From Candidatus Marinacidobacterium sp. (GTDB lineage Bacteria > Acidobacteriota > Vicinamibacteria > Marinacidobacterales > Marinacidobacteraceae), in assembly GCA_965204755.1 (NCBI GenBank), contig OZ242011.1, forward strand, positions 3,264,001 through 3,328,000: 64,000 nt of DNA, given 5' to 3'. Under the pieces are notes generated by a model, which saw nothing but the letters and a program-made list of their open reading frames with translations, was not told the DNA's origin and searched no databases. Positions 1 through 9,486 of this stretch are shown here, one piece after another (the stretch's first letter is position 1; each line of letters opens with the position of its first letter). Position numbers and translations under genes: made by a program.

Positions 1-566
1 TCGGCCGGGATGCGAATTCCCAACTGGGGGAGGCCGCGCTTCAGAAAGGTGCTGACGAAGTCGTCGCGCCAGTCGGTTGCGTCCTCGTCGTCGGCGGCGA
101 GGAAGGAGCGCGGGAAGCCGCCCCGCAGCCAGAGGTCTTGCCAGCGCGCCGTCCCGACTTCCTCCAGGTCGAATCCGGTCAGCGGGACCAGCCCGACCCG
201 GCCGGCCAACGACTCGGACACGCCGCGGACGAGCGTCGGCGACGCGCTCCCGGTCAGGAGGAATCGCGCGCGGTTGTCCGGCCGCTCCGCCAGGACGCGC
301 AGGACTTCGTAGAGATCCGGCCGGCGCTGGATCTCGTCCACGACGACGAGGCCGCCCAAGGCGCCGAGCGCCTGCTCCGGGGCGGCGAGACGCTCGCGGT
401 CACGCGGCCGTTCCAGGTCGAAGTAGGCCTCGGCGCGCTCGGCCTCGGCGATTTCGGAGGCGATCGTCGTCTTCCCGCACTGCCGCGGGCCGTTGAGGGC
501 TACGACCGGATGGCCCCGGAAGGCGCGGTGGACCCGAGCGATGACCCCGGGCCGGGGAAGGAGCAT
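1..566 (-). CDS. AAA_14/DUF4143-type ATP-binding protein (5' part; runs off the window edge)
   Basis: Manual translation from ATG at 566: MLLPRPGVIARVHRAFRGHPVVALNGPRQCGKTT (Walker A), later VVDEIQR (Walker B); paralog of 18004-19170. Absent from the ORF track because it is truncated. Confidence 0.85.
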   Translation of the reverse strand, partial: MLLPRPGVIARVHRAFRGHPVVALNGPRQCGKTTIASEIAEAERAEAYFDLERPRDRERLAAPEQALGALGGLVVVDEIQRRPDLYEVLRVLAERPDNRARFLLTGSASPTLVRGVSESLAGRVGLVPLTGFDLEEVGTARWQDLWLRGGFPRSFLAADDEDATDWRDDFVSTFLKRGLPQLGIRIPA

Positions 567-582
567 GTCGCCAGTTCAACCC

Positions 583-613
583 GGCATATCCGCAGTCCGG
601 ATGCGGATTTGCC
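583..613. promoter_or_regulatory. Inverted repeat (putative operator) upstream of the AAA_14/DUF4143 gene
   Basis: GGCATATCCGCA-7 nt-TGCGGATTTGCC, 11/12 complementary, 16 nt upstream of the ATG. Confidence 0.45.
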
Positions 614-706
614 ACCTCACCGTTCGGCGAGGAAGTTGACGGAATCGGCCGGGAGGTGGTCGGGGGCCGCGCCGGGGTAGCCGCCGGGTCGCCGGAGAAC
701 CGGTCT

Positions 707-1450
707 TCAGTCGGCGGTGAGTTCCCCGAGGATCTCGCCGATTTCGCCTCTCAGCACCAGGTCCGCGAGGTCGTCCGCCGGCGTCGGTTCGCGGTTCACG
801 ATCACCAGCCGGGCGCCGGACTGCCGGGCCAGTACCGGAAGCGCCGCCGCCGGGTGGACCACGAGGGAGGAGCCCACGGCGAGGAAGAGGTCGCAGTCGC
901 GGGCGGCGTCCGTGGCGCGGGCGAGGACTTCCGGGGAGAGAGCCTGTCCGAAGGAGACGGTCGCCGGCTTCAGCAGGCCGCCGCAGCGCCGGCAGCGGGG
1001 GGCCGGTTCGCCGTCCTGCACCCGGCGGAACGCCTCGTCGAAGGGAATGCGGTCTTCGCAGGAGAGACACGCCGCTTCCGTGTTCGTGCCGTGCAGTTCG
1101 CAGACGGTTTCGCGCGGAAGGCCCGATCGCTGGTGGAGCCCATCTATGTTCTGGGTGATCAGCAGGGCGAGTTTCCCCCGTCGGAACAGGCGGACGAAGG
1201 CTTCGTGCCCGGCGTTCGGGGCGGCGTCCCGCATTCCCGGCCAGAGCAGGACTTTCTGCCGCCAGTACTCGACCCGGGACTCTTCGTTCGCGAGGAAGTC
1301 GTCGAAGTACACGGTCTCGAACCTCGCCCATACCCCGTCCGGGCTGCGGAAGTCCGGGATGCCGGACTCCGTGGAGATCCCCGCGCCGGTGAACCCGACG
1401 ATCCGTGTTGCGGAGCGCGCGAGCGCCCGCGCGCGGGCCAGCGGATCCAT
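707..1450 (-). CDS. cobB: NAD-dependent protein deacylase, Sir2/CobB family
   Basis: GAGISTESGIPDFRS, TQNIDGLH, ELHG, two CxxC Zn ligands, GSSLVVHPAA, IVNREPT; start at MDPLARA. Confidence 0.93.
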   Translation of the reverse strand: MDPLARARALARSATRIVGFTGAGISTESGIPDFRSPDGVWARFETVYFDDFLANEESRVEYWRQKVLLWPGMRDAAPNAGHEAFVRLFRRGKLALLITQNIDGLHQRSGLPRETVCELHGTNTEAACLSCEDRIPFDEAFRRVQDGEPAPRCRRCGGLLKPATVSFGQALSPEVLARATDAARDCDLFLAVGSSLVVHPAAALPVLARQSGARLVIVNREPTPADDLADLVLRGEIGEILGELTAD

Positions 1451-1500
1451 CGGCCGATGCCGCCTCCGTTCTTCCGCGGCCCGGGAGTTCGCGCGGGGAG

Positions 1501-2877
1501 TCAGCGGCCCCGGCCCAGGCCCCGCCCCAGGCCCCGATAGAAGCCCCGCTTCAACATGCGGAAGGTCGTCGAGCCCGGGCGGACCAGGTTCTTGCAGCGG
1601 CGGGAAAGGTCCAGGACGAGGAACTCCAGCGGCGCGCGTCTTCGGTACGCGGCGCGGTACGCCTTCAACTCCGCCTTGGTGCGGGCGCCGCCGTTGTCGG
1701 CGTATCTCGCCACATACGGCGTGAAGTCCGGATGCAGGCCGTGCTTCGGTCGGAGCCCGTGGATGGTGGTGCGCATGTAGTTGCCGATGAGCAGGTCGTC
1801 GAACACCTGCGCCCGGATCGCGGTCATGAGCGAGCCGCGCGGGGCCTCGAAGGTGAGGCCGCGCCCGTGGCCCCGGCCGAGGTCGATCGTGTGCTCCCTG
1901 CCGCCGACGCGCAGCCTGATGAAGTCCCAGGCGGAGGACAAGTGTTCGATCTCCGAAAAGTACCGCGACGCGTCCCGGAGGTCGTCCGGGTCGAGTTCGT
2001 CGCTCCAGTTGTCCCCGAATTCCTCCGGCTCGTGGAGGATCGGTTCGTTCGGCGCCGGGCGGATCTCCTCGAAGGCGTCCGTCGCGCAGGAATAACGGAC
2101 GAACGGGGGGAAGTTCCGGTGGGCGTTTCCTTCCCGCCGGGGCGGGGGATACTCGTCCACGCGGACCGAGTGCTCCGCGGCCCAGATGCTGTCCTTCCGC
2201 TGGTACCGGTGCAGGGAACTGAAGGGGATGAACGCCGTGGCGCCGACCAGCCGCATCTTGTTCCGGATCTTCACTTCCAGCGGGACTTTCTCGACCACGC
2301 TGCCGGGCAGCGCGCGGCGGCCGTCCTCGTCGTGGACATTGATCATGTCGGTGTCGCCGTGGCCGGTGAGGCTCAGGACGAAGGAACGGTCGAACCCCTT
2401 CACGATCTTGCGGACCGTCATGAGCCAGCCGCTGTCCCACCGCGCGTCGTTCAGGTTCACGAGCAGCAGCCCGTCGAGGTCGATGAGGAGGATGCCGTCC
2501 TGGTTGCAGTCCGCCACGCAGAACACCCGAATGCGGTCGGACAGGCGATGCCACTTCCGATCCTCCAGGATCGTCACCTCGCAACCGGCCTCCCGGTAGG
2601 CGCGCGCGATGCGGCCGCCGAAGTGATCCGGCAGGAGGATCTTCTTCTTCGAGAAGACGGATTCCGAGTCGGCGTTCAGGTGGTCGGGGTGTCCGTGGGA
2701 GATCCAGACGAACTCGCAGTCCCGGATCGCTTCGAGTTGCTGCTCGGGCACCGCGTGCGAGAGCCCCCAACTGCCGAAGTAGGCGCTTCCCTGCACCCAA
2801 GGGTCCGTTACGAGCACCGGCCCCCGGTCGTAGCAGACCAGCGTCGCGTTCCCGATGGTGTCGAAACCGAGATCCAT
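1501..2877 (-). CDS. Metallo-beta-lactamase-fold protein (UlaG / CMP-NeuAc hydroxylase-like, no Rieske domain)
   Basis: LVTDPWVQGSAYFGSW, WISHGHPDH metal motif, VNLNDA, FIPFSSLH. Confidence 0.75.
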   Translation of the reverse strand: MDLGFDTIGNATLVCYDRGPVLVTDPWVQGSAYFGSWGLSHAVPEQQLEAIRDCEFVWISHGHPDHLNADSESVFSKKKILLPDHFGGRIARAYREAGCEVTILEDRKWHRLSDRIRVFCVADCNQDGILLIDLDGLLLVNLNDARWDSGWLMTVRKIVKGFDRSFVLSLTGHGDTDMINVHDEDGRRALPGSVVEKVPLEVKIRNKMRLVGATAFIPFSSLHRYQRKDSIWAAEHSVRVDEYPPPRREGNAHRNFPPFVRYSCATDAFEEIRPAPNEPILHEPEEFGDNWSDELDPDDLRDASRYFSEIEHLSSAWDFIRLRVGGREHTIDLGRGHGRGLTFEAPRGSLMTAIRAQVFDDLLIGNYMRTTIHGLRPKHGLHPDFTPYVARYADNGGARTKAELKAYRAAYRRRAPLEFLVLDLSRRCKNLVRPGSTTFRMLKRGFYRGLGRGLGRGR

Positions 2878-2924
2878 CTCGTTCGTCTCGTTTTTCGGTG
2901 CGCCCTCCCGGGTCTGCGCCGGGT

Positions 2925-4676
2925 TCAGCCGGCCCCCTCGGTGGCCAGATAGGTCTCGGCGATGGCGTCCAGTTTCTCCCGGACTTCGTCGGGGATCTCT
3001 TCCTCCGGCAGGTACTGCACCAGTCGGTGGAGATTCTTCTTGGGCATCTCGTTGTATTGGCCGAGCGCGGCGAAGTAGTTCGCGAGGATCGGTTCCAGAA
3101 CCTCAGTACTGGCCTTGGCGTCGTGGCTCCAGAGAGGCGGCAGGTTCAATACCTGCAGCCCGGCGCGGACTTTCTCGATGGTCCGGCGCATGGTTTCGAC
3201 CCGGTGAGGCGCGAACAGGTCCGGCGTGTCGGTCTTCCGCTGCGCCGCGGCGAACGCGAGGAGGCAGGCCTCGGTGCAGAAATAGTTCTCGATCTCGCGG
3301 CGTTGCCACATCAGAATGCGCAGCGTTTCGTCGGAAGGCGTCGGGGTCTTGATACGGTCGAACAGCGCGACGCCCCGGAGCGTGGCGGATGCCTCACGCA
3401 GGCCGTGGAAGTGCCGCTGCGCAGCCTTCGGTTCTCGGCGGACATAGCGGGCGAACGGGGCTTCGAGCGCTCGCAGCGCGGGCTCGTGGCCGAGTCGCTC
3501 GGCGAAGGCGCGCAGGATCGCCAAGTCCGTCGGCCCCTCGACATAGAGCACCCAACCGGTCTGCTCGGCGAGCGCATAGTCCCGGAACTCGATCTCCCCG
3601 AGCGCCTTGCGGAGTGCGCTCCGATGACGACCGATGCGGTGCGGTCGCCCCACGAACGCGACTACGGCGTCTTGGCCTGCGGCCTCATTGAGGAGCACTT
3701 CGGAATGGGTGGCGATGATGATCTGGCCGCCCGTATTGGACGCCGCGTTGCCGAGCAACTCGTAGATCTGTCGCTGGCGGAGGATCTCCAAGTGGGCGTC
3801 GGGTTCGTCGAGTAGCAGGACGGCGCCCGGATGCAGCGAAAGGAACGAGAGCAGGAGCAAGGTCTGCTGGCAGCCGCGGCCCGAGGCCGAAATGTCGAGC
3901 CGCGTTCCGTGTTCTCGATATCCCAGTTCGATCTCTCCGCGCGCTGCGATATGGCGAGGCGGGTCGAGGTTCACGCCGAACACCTTCTCGACTCTGTCGG
4001 CCACGCGCTCCCACTCTGTCTTGTTTTCTTCGTAGAGCCGGAAGCAGAGGTTCCGAAGCACTTCGGCCGTTCGGCCTTCGCCGATTCGCACATTCACGGC
4101 GCCCGGTTCCAGGCGAGTCTCGTTCAGGGCGAGGCCGGACATGGGCGGCAGGTAAGCCAGTTCCACCGCGGCGGCCTCGTCGGGCACGGAGAAAGCGGCA
4201 GTCGGGTCGTCCCCCCGCAGCGGACGGCAGTAGAAGGACTCTTCGTTGGCGTAGTCGAACTCGAGGCCGCAGGTCCATTCGCCCTTGCCGGCGTCGCCGG
4301 ACACGGAGACTTCGATCAGGATGTTCGTCGTGCGCTGCTTGCCGTTCTCGCGGCGGACATCCCGAACATGCAGGTCGCGCCACAGCATCTTGGCTTGGGG
4401 TACGGGAGCCGCCAGCAGGTCGCGGCGGTTGATCGTGACCCCCGGGCGCTTCTCCGGCGTCTTCTTCCCGGAGCGTTTCTCGATCCAGCGCCGCACGCCG
4501 GCCTGCCACAGCGCCAGCGCCTGGAGGGCGGAGGTCTTGCCGGAGTTGTTGGGGCCGACGAAGACGACCGGGGAGTCGAGTTCGATCTCCACGGACTCGA
4601 ACCGCTTGAAGTTGCGGATCGCGAGCCGCGTGAGTCGCGACCGGGGCGGAGTCGGCGGCGCCGGGGTGTCGGTCAT
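2925..4676 (-). CDS. ABC-type ATPase with C-terminal TOPRIM-like domain (OLD-family-like nuclease)
   Basis: IRNFKRF, Walker A GPNNSGKT, SGRG signature, LLLDEPDAHL, ATHS, then LYVEGPTD and REIENY; start MTDTPAP overlaps the ptrB stop. Confidence 0.8.
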   Translation of the reverse strand: MTDTPAPPTPPRSRLTRLAIRNFKRFESVEIELDSPVVFVGPNNSGKTSALQALALWQAGVRRWIEKRSGKKTPEKRPGVTINRRDLLAAPVPQAKMLWRDLHVRDVRRENGKQRTTNILIEVSVSGDAGKGEWTCGLEFDYANEESFYCRPLRGDDPTAAFSVPDEAAAVELAYLPPMSGLALNETRLEPGAVNVRIGEGRTAEVLRNLCFRLYEENKTEWERVADRVEKVFGVNLDPPRHIAARGEIELGYREHGTRLDISASGRGCQQTLLLLSFLSLHPGAVLLLDEPDAHLEILRQRQIYELLGNAASNTGGQIIIATHSEVLLNEAAGQDAVVAFVGRPHRIGRHRSALRKALGEIEFRDYALAEQTGWVLYVEGPTDLAILRAFAERLGHEPALRALEAPFARYVRREPKAAQRHFHGLREASATLRGVALFDRIKTPTPSDETLRILMWQRREIENYFCTEACLLAFAAAQRKTDTPDLFAPHRVETMRRTIEKVRAGLQVLNLPPLWSHDAKASTEVLEPILANYFAALGQYNEMPKKNLHRLVQYLPEEEIPDEVREKLDAIAETYLATEGAG

Positions 4677-6808
4677 TCCGCTTCGCTTCCGGTTCCGGGG
4701 TCGTCGTCGGCCTCGGCGAGGCCGGTGACGAAGGCGTAGGTCATCGCCGTTTCGTCGAGGCCGCGGTACCGGCCGGAGCGGCCGCCGTGGCCGGCGTCGA
4801 GGTTCGTGTGCAGGAGGATGAGCGAGTTCGGGTCGGTGTTTCGTTCGCGGAGCCGCAGCACCCACTTCGTGGGCTCCTTGAACTGCACCTGGGAATCGTG
4901 GAGGCCGCTCGTGGCGAGGATGTGGGGGTAGGCGGCTTCGCGGATGTTCTCGTAGGGCGACCAGGCGGCGATGCGGCGGAAGTCCTCGGCTCGACCCGGG
5001 TCGCCCCACTCGTCGTACTCGCCGGTGGTGAGCGGGAGGGTCGGGTCGAGCATCGAGTTCAGCGCGTCCACGAACGGCACCATCGCCACGACGCCCCGGA
5101 AGAGGTCGGGGGCGAGGTTCACGACCGCGCCCACGAGCAGGCCCCCGGCGCTTCCGCCCAGTGCGAACATCCGGTCGGGGTCGCACAGGCCCCGGTCGCG
5201 CAGGAACTCGGCCGAGGAGATGAAGTCCGTGAAGGTGTTGCTCTTGTGTTCCTTGCGTCCGGCCTCGTACCAGGCGCGTCCGAGTTCCTGGCCGCCGCGG
5301 ATGTGCGCCATCGCGTAGAGGAAGCCCCGGTCGAGGAGGCTCAGGCGGCTGGACGAAAAACCCGGATCCATGGAGATGCCGTAGGCGCCGTAACCGTAGA
5401 GGAGCAGCGGCGTGTTCGGGCCCGGCGGCCGGTCGGCCCGGAAGACCAGCGAGAGCGGGATTCGAGCCCCGTCGGCGGCGCGGGCGAAGAGGCGCTTCGT
5501 CCGGTAGTCGCCGGCGCGGAAGTTCGGCACGCGCTCGCGCTTCAGCCGGCGGCGTTTGCCCGTGGCGAGTTCCACCGCGAGAACCGTGGGCGGCATTCGC
5601 GGGGTGCTCACGGCGACGCGCACCTCGTCGGCGCCGGGTTCGGGGTTGTCCTCCGGGTCGAGGGCGCGCACCGGACCGGGCAGGGGAACCGCTCGGGCGT
5701 CGCCGTCGTCCCAGCGGCGGACTTCGAGTTCCTGGCGGCCCCGGCGGCGGAGGAAGAGCGCGAGGTGGGAATCGAAGAGTTCGAAGTCCTCGAGATGCGT
5801 TCCGTCCTCCGCGGGAACGACATCGCGCCAGCCGCGGCCCGGGTCGTCTTCCGGCGCCTCGACCAGGCGGAAGTCGGGGGCGCCGCGATTCGTCCGAATG
5901 TAGAACCGTCCCCGGAAGTGGTCCAACTCGAACTCGTGTTTCTCCTCGCGCGGCACGAGCACGCGGACCGGCGCGTCGGGCCGGCGGCTCGGAACGGCGA
6001 GCGCCTCGGTGCGCTCGGTCTGGACGCAGTGGAGGAGCAGGTACTCGCGCGACCGGCTGGCGGAGACCGAAACATTGAAGGCCTCGTCCTTCTCGTGGAA
6101 GACGACTTCGTCACTTTCCGCCGGCTCGCCCAACCGGTGGCGCTTCACCCGGTCCCAGCGCAGGGTCTGCTCGTCCTGGACGACATAGAGGATCGTGTCC
6201 CCGGTCTCCGACCAGACCAGGTTGGGAGCGGTCCGCGGGATCTCGTCCGGCAGCAGGCGCCCGGCGTCGGCGTCGAGGAAGCGGATCGTGTAGATGCGGC
6301 GGCCGACGGTGTCCACCGCGAAGGCGTAGAGCCGGTGCTTCGGGCATACCTCGACCGTCCCGAGGTGGAAGTAGCCGTCCGCGGCGTCCCCGTGCGCCTC
6401 CCGGGCCAGTCGGTTCCCGTCGAGGAGGACGCGCCAGCGCGCGCCCTTCTTCGGGGTCTTGCGGCAGAGCGCCGGGTATTCCTCGCCCTCGCGGTATCGC
6501 CACCGGTAGAGGAACGGGCCGTCGCGCAACGGCGGCGTGGAGGTGTTCGGGACGATCCGCGCCTTCAGTTCCGCGAGGATCTCTTCCCGCCGGCCCGGGA
6601 ACCGGCCGAGCGCGCGCTCGGTCCACTCGTTCTCCGCCCGCAGGTGGTCGAGGACTTCCGGGTCATTTCGCTCGCGCAGGTAGGCCCAGGGGTCCGTCCG
6701 GCGGACGCCGTGGTCTTCCGAAGTGACCGGCCGCTTAGGCAGCGTCGGCGGCGCCGCGGCGGGCGGCGCCGGCCGCGGCCGGGACGGGCGCGCGCCGCGT
6801 TGGCTCAA
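4673..6808 (-). CDS. ptrB: Oligopeptidase B (peptidase S9A)
   Basis: HGVRRTDPWAYLR N-terminus, YGYGAYG, HIRGGQELG, catalytic GGSAGG, DSQV, AGHGGRSGR; probable TTG start at 6808 after a GAGGGG RBS. Confidence 0.92.
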   Translation of the reverse strand: MSQRGARPSRPRPAPPAAAPPTLPKRPVTSEDHGVRRTDPWAYLRERNDPEVLDHLRAENEWTERALGRFPGRREEILAELKARIVPNTSTPPLRDGPFLYRWRYREGEEYPALCRKTPKKGARWRVLLDGNRLAREAHGDAADGYFHLGTVEVCPKHRLYAFAVDTVGRRIYTIRFLDADAGRLLPDEIPRTAPNLVWSETGDTILYVVQDEQTLRWDRVKRHRLGEPAESDEVVFHEKDEAFNVSVSASRSREYLLLHCVQTERTEALAVPSRRPDAPVRVLVPREEKHEFELDHFRGRFYIRTNRGAPDFRLVEAPEDDPGRGWRDVVPAEDGTHLEDFELFDSHLALFLRRRGRQELEVRRWDDGDARAVPLPGPVRALDPEDNPEPGADEVRVAVSTPRMPPTVLAVELATGKRRRLKRERVPNFRAGDYRTKRLFARAADGARIPLSLVFRADRPPGPNTPLLLYGYGAYGISMDPGFSSSRLSLLDRGFLYAMAHIRGGQELGRAWYEAGRKEHKSNTFTDFISSAEFLRDRGLCDPDRMFALGGSAGGLLVGAVVNLAPDLFRGVVAMVPFVDALNSMLDPTLPLTTGEYDEWGDPGRAEDFRRIAAWSPYENIREAAYPHILATSGLHDSQVQFKEPTKWVLRLRERNTDPNSLILLHTNLDAGHGGRSGRYRGLDETAMTYAFVTGLAEADDDPGTGSEAE

Positions 6809-6816
6809 CGGCCCCC

Positions 6817-9315
6817 TCAGTTCGCGGGTTCGAGGACGAGTCGGTGTTCGGTGACCGATTCCACCTTGGCGCGGGTATACGCCAACGGGAAGTACTGGTG
6901 ACGCACCCACAGTTCGAACAGGTCCCGGTAGTGCGGGCTCTCCGGATCGCCCGACTGGCCCGGCGCGCTCGTCGCCACCGAGTTGTCCCAGTTCGACGGG
7001 TCGAGGATCACGCGGAAACTGCCGCCGGAACGCTGGTTGTCGCTTCCGCCGGTGTTGTTCACCGTGGACTCGTAGCCGCCGCGCGGCCAGGGGCCCACTT
7101 CCAGCAGGGCGCGGGTCTCTTCGTCCACCGCGTTCGCCAGGTAGTGCGTGATGTGGACATGCTTCATCGCTTCCTGCCCGTAGCGCCAACCGTCGTGGTC
7201 GGCGCCGAACCGCTCTTCCACTTCGACGGCGGCGGCGGCGAAGGCGTCGAGCAGCAGTTCGTCCCGCCCGGCGATCGGGTCCTCCCCGAACCGGCCGTCG
7301 GGCGCCAGCAGGTGGTCGAGCATCCGCTTCTTGTTCAGGCCCCGAACGAGATCGCGCGCCGCTTCCGGAACGAAGAGTTCGCGCATCGCGGCCGATACCT
7401 GCCGCTCGAAGTGGAGATAGAGCGTCGCCCCCGAGGACTCCTTCGCCATCACGAAGTCCCAGTCGGCGAGGAGCGCCTTCGCCGCGCTCCCCGGCGGCTC
7501 CGCCGACAGCAGCAGCGGTACGAGGTTTCGCGCCACGACGCTCAGTTCGTCGTGCTGGAAGGCCATCATGTCCTGCACGGTGAGCCGCCGGCCGGTGCGC
7601 ATCAACTCGTCCACGCGCAGTCCGCGCATCTCGTCGCCCCAGGTGAAGTGGAGCGCTTCGGGGTGGGGGTAGTCGGAGGCCACCGCCGGCGCCATCAGGT
7701 TGTTCGCCGTGCCCCAAAAGCCCTTCGGCGGGTTCAGCACCGACGGCAGCGCCTTGATCGGCAGGTATCCCGACCATTCGTAGCGTCCGTCGCCGGGAAC
7801 CGGCACCAGGCCGCTCCAGCGGGCGTTGCGGATCGGCGAGACCCCGACCGCTTGGTAGCCGATGTTGCCGTCCACATCGCCCCAGATCATGTTCTCCGCC
7901 GGGATGCCGCTGTAGTTGCAGGCTTCCACGAACTCTTCCCAAGTCTCGGCCTGGTCCATCCGCAAACTGGCGAGGTAGGGCGAGTTCCCGATCTCCAGCC
8001 AGGCCGCGTTCAGCGCGTACGCCTTCCGGTTCTCCGGGTCCTCGTACACCACCGGCCCGTGCCGGGTGTACTTCAGGGTCGCTTCGTGGTCGGCCTGCCC
8101 TTCCACCGGGATGCGCTCCGCGCGGACGGTCATCGCCTCCCACTCGCCGAGGTATCGGTACTCGTTCGGGTTCGCCGGGTTCGTGTCATAGACCATCAGG
8201 TCTTCGTTGTCCTGGCCGAACACGGTGAGGCCCCAGCCGCCCTTCTCGTTGTGGCCGATGGAGAGGCCGGGGAGCACCGGTTCGCCGCCGCCGATGACAT
8301 TCCAGCCGGGGGCGTGGAGGTGGACGAAGTAACGGAGCGACGGCGCCACGATGGTCCGGTGGGGGTCGTTCACGATGAGCGGGAGGCCGGTCCAGGTGCG
8401 TTCGCCGCCGACCACCCAGTTGTTGCTGCCGATGTGTTCGCCGAGGTCGGTGAGCCGCAACTCCGAAGGGATCTGCCGGAGCAGCGCCTGCCGCCCCGCG
8501 TCCGGGTTGCGCCGCTCTTCGAGGACGACCTGTTCCGGCAGGAAGTTCACCGGCCCGCGAAAGGCGCGGTAGGTGTCCAGGATCTCCGGTTTCAGCAGCG
8601 AGCCGTCGATCGCCGGGTCGAGGTCGAGCATCGGGACTCCCGGGCGGAACCACTCCACATCGCGCAGGACTTCCGGCCCGACCGCCGCGACCGCCATTCC
8701 ATACTCCAACTCCCGGGTGACATTGGACAGGAGCCCCTGGTGCCGCGAGATGACCGCGGCTTCGGTCCAGGGCTCGGGCCGGATGCCCAGCAGTCGGAAC
8801 TCCAGGGGCAGCGAGTCCGGGTCCTCGTTCGCCCGCGCGATGGCGGCGTTGATGCCCCGGACGAACGCGGGGATGATCCGGTCGCCGCGCGGGTGGTAGT
8901 AGCGCATTTCGTCGCCGAGGTCCTTGCGGAAGCGGTGGAGGCGCGCGCCGATGTCCCGGTCGAGTTCGGCGGGGCCGAGGATTTCCGCCACCGTCCCGGT
9001 CGCCTGCCGGCGCCACATCTCGAACTGGAAGAGGCGGCTCTCGGCGGCGCGGTAGCCCTGGACGAAGAACAGGTCGTCCTCGTTCCCGGCGTAGATGTGG
9101 TCGATGCCCCAGCGGTCGGCGAGGACTTCCACGCCGGCCCGGAGACCGGGGACGCTGCGGTGCTCCTCGGTCTGCGCGGCGGCGCCCGCCGGGGCGAGCG
9201 CGGCGAACGCGAACGCCGCCGCCGCGACGGCGGAAAGCAGCCCCGGTGTCCGACGGCTCGGCGGCGGGGCGGGCGCCGCGGCGGAGCGGATACTCGTCGT
9301 CGTCTCGGTCTTCAT
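6817..9315 (-). CDS. Penicillin acylase family protein (peptidase S45), secreted
   Basis: Signal peptide, DRWGIDHIYA, GSNNWVV nucleophile motif, NDPHR, APGQSGDPESPHYRD. Confidence 0.92.
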   Translation of the reverse strand: MKTETTTSIRSAAAPAPPPSRRTPGLLSAVAAAAFAFAALAPAGAAAQTEEHRSVPGLRAGVEVLADRWGIDHIYAGNEDDLFFVQGYRAAESRLFQFEMWRRQATGTVAEILGPAELDRDIGARLHRFRKDLGDEMRYYHPRGDRIIPAFVRGINAAIARANEDPDSLPLEFRLLGIRPEPWTEAAVISRHQGLLSNVTRELEYGMAVAAVGPEVLRDVEWFRPGVPMLDLDPAIDGSLLKPEILDTYRAFRGPVNFLPEQVVLEERRNPDAGRQALLRQIPSELRLTDLGEHIGSNNWVVGGERTWTGLPLIVNDPHRTIVAPSLRYFVHLHAPGWNVIGGGEPVLPGLSIGHNEKGGWGLTVFGQDNEDLMVYDTNPANPNEYRYLGEWEAMTVRAERIPVEGQADHEATLKYTRHGPVVYEDPENRKAYALNAAWLEIGNSPYLASLRMDQAETWEEFVEACNYSGIPAENMIWGDVDGNIGYQAVGVSPIRNARWSGLVPVPGDGRYEWSGYLPIKALPSVLNPPKGFWGTANNLMAPAVASDYPHPEALHFTWGDEMRGLRVDELMRTGRRLTVQDMMAFQHDELSVVARNLVPLLLSAEPPGSAAKALLADWDFVMAKESSGATLYLHFERQVSAAMRELFVPEAARDLVRGLNKKRMLDHLLAPDGRFGEDPIAGRDELLLDAFAAAAVEVEERFGADHDGWRYGQEAMKHVHITHYLANAVDEETRALLEVGPWPRGGYESTVNNTGGSDNQRSGGSFRVILDPSNWDNSVATSAPGQSGDPESPHYRDLFELWVRHQYFPLAYTRAKVESVTEHRLVLEPAN

Positions 9316-9486
9316 GGTCACGGCCTCCCTCGGCCCGGCGCGGCCGGCTGCGGTCTGTCCCCGAATCCGGCGGGGCGGCGCCGGCGGGCCGATGGTACCC
9401 GCCCCGGCGAAGGGTCCCGGCGGCGCCGCTCGTCCGTCGGTTGATACTTCCGGCCCCCGCCGAGCCCTCCCGCGGCGCCCTTCGCA

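Noticed and set aside
707-1450. Defence-type sirtuin (Thoeris/DSR)
   Set aside because: Canonical CobB-like deacylase with Zn-binding CxxC pairs and no extra domains.
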